From Euprymna scolopes (lineage: Eukaryota): a DNA stretch of 64,000 bases. How positions within the stretch are numbered: position 1 is the stretch's first letter; each line of letters starts with the position of its first letter. The translations under genes were made by a program, and so were the position numbers. The notes under the pieces were generated by a model. It was not told the origin of the DNA. It saw only the letters and a program-made list of their open reading frames with translations, and did not search any database. The stretch lies in NCBI GenBank assembly GCA_053919585.1, contig JBSSHM010000055.1. One strand, 5' to 3'. Positions 25,821 through 39,359 of this stretch are shown in pieces.

Positions 25821-28800
25821 TCTGTTGAATAGTGAATAGTCCGATTATGTATTGATATCGTTTTTGTATTATTCTGTTGAATAGTGAATAGTAAGATTAT
25901 GTATTAATATCGTTTTTTTATTATTCCGTTGAATAGTGAATAGTCAGATTATGTATTGATATCATTGTTGTATAATTCTGTTGAATAGTGAATAGTCAGA
26001 TTATGTATTGATATCGTTTTTGTATTATTCTGTTGAATAGTGAATAGTCCGATTATGTATTGATATCGTTTTTTTATTATTCTGTTGAATAGTGAATAGT
26101 CCGATTATGTATTGATATCGTTTTTGTATTATTCTGTTGAATAGTGAATAGTCCGATTATGTATTGATATCGTTTTTGTATTATTCCTTTGAATAGTGAA
26201 TAGTAAGATTATGTATTGATATCATTGTTGTATTATTCCGTTGAATAGTGAATAGTAAGATTATGTATTGATATCATTGTTGTATTATTCCGTTGAATAG
26301 TGAATAGTCAGATTATGTATTGATATCGTTTTTGTATTATTCAGTTGAATAGTGAATAGTAAGATTATGTATTGATATCATTGTTGTATTATTCCGTTGA
26401 ATAGTGAATAGTCAGATTATGTATTGATATCGTTTTTGTATTATTCTGTTGAATAGTGAATAGTCCGATTATGTATTGATATCGGTTTTGTATTATTCTG
26501 TTGAATAGTGAATAGTCCGATTATGTATTGATATCGTTTTTGTATTATTCTGTTGAATAGTGAATAGTAAGATTATGTATTAATATCGTTTTTTTATTAT
26601 TCCGTTGAATAGTGAATAGTCAGATTATGTATTGATATCATTGTTGTATAATTCTGTTGAATAGTGAATAGTCAGATTATGTATTGATATCGTTTTTGTA
26701 TTATTCTGTTGAATAGTGAATAGTCCGATTATGTATTGATATCGTTTTTGTATTATTCTGTTGAATAGTGAATAGTCCGATTATGTATTGATATCGTTTT
26801 TGTATTATTCTGTTGAATAGTGAATAGTCCGATTATGTATTGATATCGGTTTTGTATTATTCTGTTGAATAGTGAATAGTCCGATTATGTATTGATATCG
26901 TTTTTGTATAATTCTGTTGAATAGTGAATAGTCAGATTATGTATTGATATCGTTTTTGTATAATTCTGTTGAATAGTGAATAGTCAGATTATGTATTGAT
27001 ATCATTGTTGTATTATTCTGTTGAATAGTGAATAGTCAGATTATGTATTGATATGGTTTTTGTATTATTCCGTTGAATAGTGAATAGTAAGATTATGTAT
27101 TGATATCGTTTTTGTATTATTCCGTTGAATAGTGAATAGTCAGATTATGTTTCGATATCATTGTTGTATAATTCTGTTGAATAGTGAATAGTCAGATTAT
27201 GTATTGATATCGTTTTTGTATTATTCTGTTGAATAGTGAATAGTCAGATTATGTATTGATATCGTTTTTTTATTATTCTGTTGAATAGTGAATAGTCAGA
27301 TAATGTATTGATATCATTGTTGTATTATTCTGTTGAATAGTGAATAGTCAGATTATGTATTGATATGGTTTTTGTATTATTCCGTTGAATAGTGAATAGT
27401 AAGATTATGTATTGATATCGTTTTTGTATTATTCCGTTGAATAGTGAATAGTCAGATTATGTATTAATATCGTTTTTGTATTATTCTGTTGAATAGTGAA
27501 TAGTCAGATTATGTATTGATATCGTTTTTGTATTATTCTGTTGAATAGTGAATAGTCAGATTATGTATTGATATCGTTTTTTTATTATTCTGTTGAATAG
27601 TGCATAGTCAGATTATGTATTGATATCATTGTTGTATTATTCTGTTGAATAGTGAATAGTCAGATTATGTATTGATATGGTTTTTGTATTATTCCGTTGA
27701 ATAGTGAATAGTCAGATTATGTATTGATATCGTTTTTGTATTATTCCTTTGAATAGTGAATAGTCAGATTATGTATTGATATCGTTTTTGTATTATTCCG
27801 TTGAATAGTGAATAGTCAGATTATGTATTGATATCGTTTTTGTATTATTCCGTTGAATTGTGAATAGTCAGATTATGTATTGATATCGTTTTTTTGATTA
27901 ACCATTTGAATAGTGAATAGTCCGATTATGTATAGATATCGTTTTTTTATTATTCCGTTTAATAGTGAATAGTCAGATTATGTATTGATATCGTTTTTGT
28001 ATTATTCTGTTGAATAGTGAATAGTCAGATTATGTATTGACCTCGTTTTTGTATTAGTCTGTTAAATAGTGAATAGTCAGATTATGTATTGATATCGTTT
28101 TTGTATTTTTCCGTTGAATAGTGAATAGTCAGATTATGTATTGATATCGTTTTTTTATTATTCCGTTGAATAGTGAATAGTCAGATTATGTATTGATATC
28201 GTTTTTGTATTATTCTGTTTAATAGTGAATAGTCAGATTATGTATTGATATCGTTTTTGTATTATTCTGTTGAATAGTGAATAGTCAGATTATGTATTGA
28301 TATCGTTTTTGTATTATTCCTTTGAATAGTGAATAGTAAGATTATGTATTGATATCGTTTTTGTATTATTCTGTTGAATAGTAAATAGTCAGATTATGTA
28401 TTGATATCGTTTTTTTATTATTCAGTTGAATAGTGAATAGTAAGATTATGTATTGATATCGTTTTTGTATTATTCCGTTTAATAGTGAATAGTCAGATTA
28501 TGTATTGATATCGTTTTTGTATTATTCTGTTGAATAGTGAATAGTCCGATTATGTATTGATATCGGTTTTGTATTATTCTGTTGAATAGTGAATAGTCAG
28601 ATTATGTATTGATATCGTTTTTGTATTATTCCGTGTAATAGTGAATAGTCAGATTACGTTTTGATATCATTGTTGTATAATTCTGTTGAATAGTGAATAG
28701 TCAGATTATGTATTGATATCGTTTTTGTATTATTCTGTTGAATAGTGAATAGTCAGATTATGTATTGATATCGTTTTTGTATTGTTCCGTTGAATAGTTA

Positions 28801-31800
28801 ATAGTCAGATTATGCATTGATATCGTTTTTGTATTATTCCTTTGAATAGTGAATAGTCAGATTATGTATTGATATCGTTTTTGTATTATTCCGTTGAATA
28901 GTGAATAGTCAGATTATGTATTGATATCGTTTTCGTATTATTCCGTTGAATAGTGAATAGTCAGATTATGTATTGATCTCGTTTTTTTTTATTATTCCTT
29001 TGAATAGTGAATAGTCCGATTATGTATGGATATCGTTTTTTTATTATTCCGTTGAATAGTGAATAGTCCGATTATGTATGGATATCGTTTTTGTATTATT
29101 CTGTTGAATAGTGAATAGTCAGATTATGTATTGACATCGTTTTTGTATTAGTCTGTTGAATAGTGAATAGTCAGATTATGTATTGATATCGTTTTTGTAT
29201 TTTTCCGTTTAATAGTGAATAGTCAGATTATGTATTGATATCGTTTTTTTATTATTCCGTTGAATAGTGAATAGTCAGATTATGTATTGATATCGTTTTT
29301 GTATTATTCTGTTTAATAGTGAATAGTCAGATTATGTATTGATATCGTTTTTTATTATTCTGTTGAATAGTGAATAGTCAGATTATGTATTGATATCGTT
29401 TTTGTATTATTCCGTTGAATTGTGAATAGTCCGATTATGTATTGATATCGTTTTTGTATTATTCCGTTGAATAGTGAATAGTCAGATTATGTATTGATAT
29501 CGTTTTTGTATTATTCAACTGATTAGTGAATAGTCAGATTATGTATTGATATCGTGTTTTTATTATTCCTTTGAATAGTGAATAGTCCGATTATGTATTG
29601 ATATCATTGGTGTATTATTCTGTTGAATAGTGAATAGTCAGATTATGTATTGATATCGTTATTGTATTATTCCGTTGAATAGTGAATAGTCAGATTATGT
29701 ATTGATATTGTTTTTTTATTAGTCCTTTTAATAGTGAATAGTCCGATTATGTATTGATATAATTGGTGTATTATTCTGTTGAATCGTGAATAGTCAGATT
29801 ATGTATTGATATCGTTTTTGTATTATTCTGTTGAATAGTGAATAGTCAGATTATGTATTGATATCGTTTTTGTATTATTCTGTTGAATAGTGAATAGTCA
29901 GATTATGAATTGATATCGTTTTTGTATTATTCTGTTGAATATTGAATAGTCAGATTATGTATTGATATCGTTTTTGTATTATTCCGTTGAATAGTGAATA
30001 GTCAGATTATGTATTCATATCGTTTTTTTATTATTCCTTTGAATAGTGAATAGTCCGATTATGTATTGATATCATTGTTGTATTATTCTGTTGAATAGTG
30101 AATAGTCAGATTATGTATTGATATCGTTTTTGTATTATTCTGTTGAATAGTGAATAGTCCGATTATGTATTGATATCGGTTTTGTATTATTCTGTTGAAT
30201 AGTGAATAGTCAGATTATGTATTGATATCGTTTTTGTATTATTCCGTTGAATAGTGAATAGTCAGATTATGTTTTGATATCATTGTTGTATAATTCTGTT
30301 GAATAGTGAATAGTCAGATTATGTATTGATATCGTTTTTGTATTATTCTGTTGAATAGTGAATAGTCAGATTATGTATTGATATCGTTTTTGTATTATTC
30401 TGTTGAATAGTGAATAGTCAGATTATGTATTGATATCGTTTTTGTATTATTCCGTTGAATAGTGAATAGGCAGATTATGTATTGATATCGTTTTTGTATT
30501 ATTCCTTTGAATAGTGAATAGTCAGATTATGTATTGATATCGTTTTTGTATTATTCCGTTGAATAGTGAATAGTCGGATTATGTATTGATATCGTTTTTG
30601 TATTATTCCGTTTAATAGTGAATAGTCAGATTATGTATGGATATCGTTTTTGTATTATTCTGTTGAATAGTGAATAGTCAGATTATGTATTGATATCGTT
30701 TTTTTGATTATTCCTTTGAATAGTGAATAGTCCGATTATGTATTAATATCGTTTTTGTATTATTCTGTTGAATAGTCAGATTATGTATTGATATCGTTTT
30801 TGTATTATTCTGTTGAATAGTGAATAGTCAGATTATGTATTGACATCGTTTTTGTATTAGTCTGTTGAATAGTGAATAGTCAGATTATGTATTGATATCG
30901 TTTTTGTATTTTTCCGTTGAATAGTGAATAGTCAGATTATGTATTGATATCGTTTTTGTATTTTTCCGTTGAATAGTGAATAGTCAGATTATGTATTGAT
31001 ATCGTTTTTGTATTTTTCCGTTGAATAGTGAATAGTCAGATCATGTATTGATATCGTTTTTTTATTATACCGTTGAATAGTGAATAGTCAGATTATGTAT
31101 TGATATCGTTTTTGTATTATTCTGTTGAATAGTGAATAGTCAGATTATGTATTGATATCGTTTTTGTATTATTCTGTTGAATAGTGAATAGTCAGATTAT
31201 GTATTGATATAGTTTTTTTATTATTCCGTTGAATAGTGAATAGTCAGATTATTTATTGATATCGTTTTTGTATTATTCCGTTGAATAGTGAATAGTCAGA
31301 TTATGTATTGAAATCGTTTTTGTATTATTCCGTTGAATTGTGAATAGTCCGATTATGTATTGATATCGTTTTTGTATTATTCCGTTGAATTGTGAATAGT
31401 CCGATTATGTATTGATATCGTTTTTGTATTTTTCCGTTGAATTGTGAATAGTCAGATTATGTATTGATATCGTTTTTGTATTTTTCCGTTGAATAGTGAA
31501 TAGTCAGATTATGTATTGATATCGTTTTTGTATTTTTCCGTTGAATAGTGAATAGTCAGATTATGTATTGATATCGTTTTTGTATTTTTCCGTTGAATAG
31601 TGAATAGTCAGATCATGTATTGATATCGTTTTTTTATTATACCGTTGAATAGTGAATAGTCAGATTATGTATTGATATCGTTTTTGTATTATTCTGTTGA
31701 ATAGTGAATAGTCAGATTATGTATTGATATCGTTTTTGTATTATTCTGTTGAATAGTGAATAGTCAGATTATGTATTGATATCGTTTTTGTATTATTCCG

Positions 31801-34800
31801 TTGAATTGTGAATAGTCCGATTATGTATTGATATCGTTTTTGTATTATTCTGTTGATTAGTGAATAGTCAGATTATGTATTGATATCGTGTTTTTATTAT
31901 TCCTTTGAATAGTGAATAGTCCGATTATGTATTGATATCATTGGTGTATTATTCTGTTGAATAGTGAATAGTCAGATTATGTATTGATATCGTTATTGTA
32001 TTATTCCGTTCAATAGTGAATAGTCAGATTATGTATTGATATCGTTTTTTTATTATTCCTTTGAATAGTGAATAGTCAGATAATGTAGTGATATCGTTTT
32101 TGTATTATTCCGTTCAATATTGAATAGTCAGATTATGTATTGATATCGTTTTTTTATTATTCCGTTGAATAGTGAATAGTCAGATTATGTATTGATATCG
32201 TTTTTGTATTATTCTGTTGAATAGTGAATAGTCAGATTATGTATTGACATCGTTTTTGTATTAGTCTGTTGAATAGTGAATAGTCAGATTATGTATTGAT
32301 ATCGTTTTTTTATTAGTCCTTTTAATAGTGAATAGTCCGATTATGTATTGATATAATTGTTGTATTATTCTGTTGAATAGTGAATAGTCAGATTATGTAT
32401 TGATATCGTGTTTTTATTATTCCTTTGAATAGTGAATAGTCCGATTATGTATTGATATCATTGGTGTATTATTCTGTTGAATAGTGAATAGTCAGATTAT
32501 GTATTGATATCGTTATTGTATTATTCCGTTGAATAGTGAATAGTCAGATTATGTATTGATATCGTTTTTTTATTAGTCCTTTTAATAGTGAATAGTCCGA
32601 TTATGTATTGATATAATTGTTGTATTATTCTGTTGAATAGTGAATAGTCAGATTATGAATTGATATCGTTTTTGTATTATTCTGTTGAATAGTGAATCGT
32701 CAGATTATGTATTGATATCGTTTTTTATTATTCCGTTTAATAGTGAATAGTCAGATTATGTATTGATATCGTTTTTGTATTATTCCGTTGAATAGTGAAT
32801 AGTCAGATTATGTATTGATATCGTTTTTGTATTATTCTGTTGAATATTGAATAGTCAGATTATGTATTGATATCGTTTTTGTATTATTCCGTTTAATATT
32901 GAATAGTCAGATTATGTATTGATATCGTTTTTTTATTATTCCTTTGAATAGTGAATAGTCCGATTATGTATTGATATCATTGTTGTATTATTCTGTTGAA
33001 TAGTGAATATTCAGATTATGTATTGATATCGTTTTTGTATTATTCCGTTGATATGTGAATAGTCAGATTATATATTGATATCGTTTTTTTATTATTCCGT
33101 TGAATAGTGAATAGTCAGATTATGTATTGATATCGTTTTTTTATTATTCCTTTGAATAGTAAATAGTCCGATTATGTATTGATATCATTGTTGTATTATT
33201 CTGTTGAATAGTGAATAGTCAGATTATGTATTGATACCGTTTTTTTATTATTCCTTTGAATAGTAAATAGTCCGATTATGTATTGATATCATTGTTGTAT
33301 TATTCTGTTGAATAGTGAATAGTCAGATTATGTATTGATACCGTTTTTTTATTATTCCTTTGAATAGTAAATAGTCCGATTATGTATTGATATCGTTTTT
33401 GTATTATTCCGTTGAATAGTGAATAGTCAGATTATGTATTGATATCGTTTTTTTATTATTCCTTTGAATAGTAAATAGTCCGATTATGTATTGATATCAT
33501 TGTTGTATTATTCTGTTGAATAGTGAATAGTCAGATTATGTATTGATATCGTTTTTGTATTATTCCGTTGAATAGTGAATAGTAAGATTATGTATTGATA
33601 TCGTTTTTGTATTATTCCGTTGAATAGTGAATAGTCAGATTATGTATTGATATCGTTTTTGTATTATTCCGTTGAATAGTGAATAGTCAGATTATGTATT
33701 GATATTGTTTTTGTATTATTCTGTTGAATAGTGAATAGTCAGATTATGTATTGATTTCGTTTTTGTAATGTTCCGTTGAATAGTGAATAGTCAGATTATG
33801 TATTGATATCGTTTTTGTATTATTCCGTTGAATAGTGAATAGTCAGATTATGTATTGATATCGTTTTTGTATTATTCTGTTGAATAGTGAATAGTCAGAT
33901 TATGTATTGATATCGTTTGTGTATTATTCTGTTGATTAGTGAATAGTAAGATTATGTATTGATATCATTGTTGTATTATGCTGTTGAATAGTTAATAGTC
34001 AGATTATGTATTGATATCATTGTTGTATTATTCTGTTAAATAGTGAATAGTCAGATTATGTATTGATATCGTTTTTGTATTATTCCGTTGAATGGTGAAT
34101 AGTCAGATTATGTATTGATATCATTGTTGTATTATAATGTTAAATAGTGAATAGTCAGATTATGTATTGATATCGTTTTTGTATTATTCTGTTGAATAGT
34201 GAATAGTCAGATTATGTATTGATATCGTTTTTTTATTATTCCGTTGAATAGTGAATAGTCAGATTATGTATTGATATCATTGTTGTATTATTCTGTTGAA
34301 TAGTGAATAGTCAGATTATGTATTGATATCGTTTTTGTAGTTTTCCGTTGAATAGTGAATAGTCAGATTATGTATTGGTATTTTTTTTTTATTATTCCTT
34401 TGAATAGTGAATAGTCCGAATATGTATTGATATCATTGTTGTATTATTCTGTTGAATAGTGAATAGTCAGATTATGTATGAATATCGTTTTTTTATTATT
34501 CCGTTGAATAGTGAATAGTCAGATTATGTATTGATATCGTTTTTGTATTATTCCGTTGAATAGTGAATAGTCAGATTATGTATTGATATCGTTTTTGTAA
34601 TGTTCTGTACAATAGTGAATAGTAAGATTATGTATTGATATCGTTTTTGTATTATTCTGTTGAATAGTGAATAGTCAGATTATGTATTGATATCGTTTTT
34701 GTATTATTCCGTTGAATAGTGAATAGTCAGATTATGTATTGATATCGTTTGTGTATTATTCTGTTGAATAGTGAATAGTCAGATTATCTATTGATATCGT

Positions 34801-36359
34801 TTTTGTATTATTCCTTTGAATAGTGAATAGTAAGATTATGTATTGATATCGTTTTTGTATTATTCTGTTGAATAGTGAATATACAGATTATGTATTGATA
34901 TCGTTTTTGTATTATTCAGTTGAATAGTGAATAGTAAGATTATGTATTGATATCGTTTTTGTATTATTCCGTTGAATAGTGAATAGTCCGATTATGTATT
35001 GATATCGGTTTTGTATTATTCTGTTCAATAGTGAATAGTCAGATTATGTATTGATATCGTTTTTGTATTATTCTGTTGAATAGTGAATAGTCAGATTATG
35101 TATTGATATCGTTTTTGTATTATTCCGTTGAATAGTGAATAGTCAGATTATCTATTGATATCGTTTTTGTATTATTCCTTTGAATAGTGAATAGTAAGAT
35201 TATGTATTGATATCGTTTTTGTATTATTCTGTTGAATAGTGAATATACAGATTATGTATTGATATCGTTTTTGTATTATTCAGTTGAATAGTGAATAGTA
35301 AGATTATGTATTGATATCGTTTTTGTATTATTCCGTTGAATAGTGAATAGTCCGATTATGTATTGATATCGGTTTTGTATTATTCTGTTGAATAGTGAAT
35401 AGTCAGATTATGTATTGATATCGTTTTTGTATTATTCCGTTGAATAGTGAATAGTCAGAATATGTATTGATATCGTTTTTGTATTATTCCGTTGAATAGT
35501 GAATAGTAAGATTATGCGTTGATATCGTTTGTGTATTATTCGGTTGAATAGTGAATAGTCAGATTATGTATTGATATCGTTTTTGTATTATTCCGTTGAA
35601 TAGTGAATAGTCAGATTATGTTTTGATATCATTGTTGTATAATTCTGTTAAATAGTGAATAGTCAGATTATGTATTGATATCGTTTTTGTATTATTCTGT
35701 TGAATAGTGAATAGTCAGATTATGTATTGATATCGTTTTTGTATTTTTCCTTTGAATAGTGAATAGTCCGATTTAGTATTGATATCATTGTTGTATTATT
35801 CTGTTGAATAGTGAATAGTCAGATTATGTATTGATATCGTTTTTGTATTATTCCGTTGAATAGTGAATAGTCAGATTATGTATTGATATCGTTTTTTTAT
35901 TATTCCGTTGAATAGTGAATAGTCAGATTATGTATTGATATCGTTTTTGTATTATTCTGTTGAATAGTGAATAGTCAGATTATGTATTGATATAGTTTTT
36001 GTATTAATCCGTTGAATAGTGAATAGTCAGATTATGTATTGATATCGTTTTTTTGATTATTCCTTTGAATAGTGAATAGTCCGATTATGTATGGATGTCG
36101 TTTTTTTATTATTCCGTTGAATAGTGAATAGTCAGATTATGTATTGATATCGTTTTTGTATTATTCTGTTGAATAGTGAATAGTCAGATTATGTATTGAC
36201 ATCGTTTTTGTATTAGTCTGTTGAATAGTGAATAGTCAGATTATGTATTGATATCGTTTTTGTATTTTTCCGTTGAATAGTGAATAGTCAGATTATGTAT
36301 TGATATCATTTTTGTATTATTCTGTTGAATAGTGAATAGTTAGATTATGTGTTGATATT

Positions 36360-37350
36360 GTTTTTGTATTATTCTGTTGAATAGTGAATAGTCAGATTAT
36401 GTATTGATATTGTTTTTGTATTATTCCGTTGAATGGTGAATAGTCAGATTATGTATTGATATCGTTTTTGTATTATTCTGTTGAATAGTGAATAGTCAGA
36501 TTATGTATTGATATCGTTTTTGAATAATTCCTTTGAATAGTGAATAGTCAGATTATGTAGTGATATCGTTTTTGTATTATTCTGTTGAATGGTGAATAGT
36601 CCGATTATGTATTGTTATCATTGTTGTATTATTCTGTTGAATAGTGAATAGTCAGTTTATGTATTAATATGGTTTTTGTATTATTCTGTTGAATAGTGAA
36701 TAGTCAGATTATGTAGTGATATCGTTTTTGTATTATTCCGTTGAATGGTGAATAGTCAGATTATGTATTGATATCGTTTTTGTATTATTCCTTTGAATAG
36801 TGAATAGTCAGATTATGTATTGATATCGTTTTTGTATTATTCCGTTGAATGGTGAATAGTCAGATTATGTATTGATATCGTTTTTGTATTATTCTGTTGA
36901 ATAGTGAATAGTCAGATTATGTATTGATATTGTTTTTGTATTATTCTGTTGAATGGTGAATAGTCAGATTATGTATTGATATCGTTTTTGTATTATTCTG
37001 TTGAATAGTGAATAGTCAGATTATGTATTGATATCGTTTTTGAATAATTCCTTTGAAGAGTGAATAGTCAGATTATGTAGTGATATCGTTTTTGTATTAT
37101 TCTGTTGAATAGTGAATAGTCCGATTATGTATTGTTATCATTGTTGTATTATTCTGTTGAATAGTGAATAGTCAGTTTATGTATTAATATGGTTTTTGTA
37201 TTATTCTGTTGAATAGTGAATAGTCAGATTATGTAGTGATATCGTTTTTGTATTATTCCGTTGAATGGTGAATAGTCAGATTATGTATTGATATCGTTTT
37301 TGTATTATTCCTTTGAATAGTGAATAGTCAGATTATGTATTGATATCGTT
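36360..37350. repeat. Tandem duplication of a 520-bp (10-monomer) block
   Basis: GAATAATTCC at 36522/37042 and GTCAGTTTATGTATTAATATGG at 36651/37171 are both offset by exactly 520 bp. Confidence 0.85.
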
Positions 37351-39359
37351 TTTGTATTATTCTGTTGAATAGTGAATAGTCCGATTATGTATTGATATCG
37401 TTTTTGTATTATTCTGTTGAATAGTGAATAATCCGATTATGTATTGATATCATTGTTGTATTATTCTGTTGAATAGTGAATCGTCAGATTATGTATTGAT
37501 ATCGTTTTTGTATTATTCTGTTGAATAGTGAATAGTCAGATTATGTATTGATATCGTTTTTGTATTGTTCTGTTGAATAGTGAATAGTCAGATTATGTAT
37601 TGATATCGTTTTTGTATTATTCTGTTGAATAGTGAATAATCAAATTATGTATTGATATCGTTTTTGTATTATTCTGTTGAATAGTGAATAGTCCGATTAT
37701 GTATTGATATCATTGTTGTTTTATTCTGTTTAATAGTGAATAGTCAGATTATGTATTGATATCGTTTTTGTATTATTCTGTTGAATAGTGAATAGTCAGA
37801 TTATGTATTGATATCGTTTTTGTAGTTTTCCGTTGAATAGTCAGATTATGTATTGATATTTTTTTTTATTATTCCTTTGAATAGTGAATAGTCCGAATAT
37901 GTATTGATATCATTGTTGTATTATTCTGTTGAATAGTGAATAGTCAGATTATGTATGAATATCGTTTTTTTATTATTCCGTTGAATAGTGAATAGTCAGA
38001 TTATGTATTGATATCGTTTTTGTATTATTCCGTTGAATAGTGAATAGTCAGATTATGTATTGATATCGTTTTTGTAATGTTCTGTTGAATAGTGAATAGT
38101 AAGATTATGTATTGATATCGTTTTTGTATTATTCTGTTGAATAGTGAATAGTCAGATTATGTATTGATATCGTTTTTGTATTATTCCGTTGAATAGTGAA
38201 TAGTCAGATTATGTATTGATATCGTTTGTGTATTATTCTGTTGAATAGTGAATAGTCAGATTATCTATTGATATCGTTTTTGTATTATTCCTTTGAATAG
38301 TGAATAGTAAGATTATGTATTGATATCGTTTTTGTATTATTCTGTTGAATAGTGAATATACAGATTATGTATTGATATCGTTTTTGTATTATTCAGTTGA
38401 ATAGTGAATAGTCCGATTATGTATTGATATCGGTTTTGTATTATTCTGTTGAATAGTGAATAGTCAGATTATGTATTGATATCGTTTTTGTATTATTCCG
38501 TTGAATAGTGAATAGTCAGATTATGTATTGATATCGTTTTTGTATTATTCCGTTGAATAGTGAATAGTAAGATTATGCGTTGATATCGTTTGTGTATTAT
38601 TCCGTTGAATAGTGAATAGTCAGATTATGTATTGATATCGTTTTTGTATTATTCCGTTGAATAGTGAATAGTCAGATTATGTTTTGATATCATTGTTGTA
38701 TAATTCTGTTGAATAGTGAATAGTCAGATTATGTATTGATATCGTTTTTGTATTATTCTGTTGAATAGTGAATAGTCAGATTATGTATTGATATCGTTTT
38801 TGTATTTTTCCTTTGAATAGTGAATAGTCCGATTTAGTATTGATATCATTGTTGTATTATTCTGTTGAATAGTGAATAGTCAGATTATGTATTGATATCG
38901 TTTTTGTATTATTCCGTTGAATAGTGAATAGTCAGATTATGTATTGATATCGTTTTTTTATTATTCCGTTGAATAGTGAATAGTCAGATTATGTATTGAT
39001 ATCGTTTTTGTATTATTCTGTTGAATAGTGAATTGTCAGATTATGTATTGATATCGTTTTTGTATTAATCCGTTGAATAGTGAATAGTCAGATTATGTAT
39101 TGATATCGTTTTTGTATTATTCCGTTGAATAGTGAATAGTCAGATTATGTATTGATATCGTTTTTTTGATTATTCCTTTGAATAGTGACTTGTCCGATTA
39201 TGTATGGATATCGTTTTTTTATTATTCCGTTGAATAGTGAATAGTCAGATTATGTATTGATATCATTGGTGTATTATTCTGTTGAATAGTGAATAGTCAG
39301 ATTATGTATTGATATCGTTATTGTATTATTCCGTTGAATAGTGAATAGTCAGATTATGT

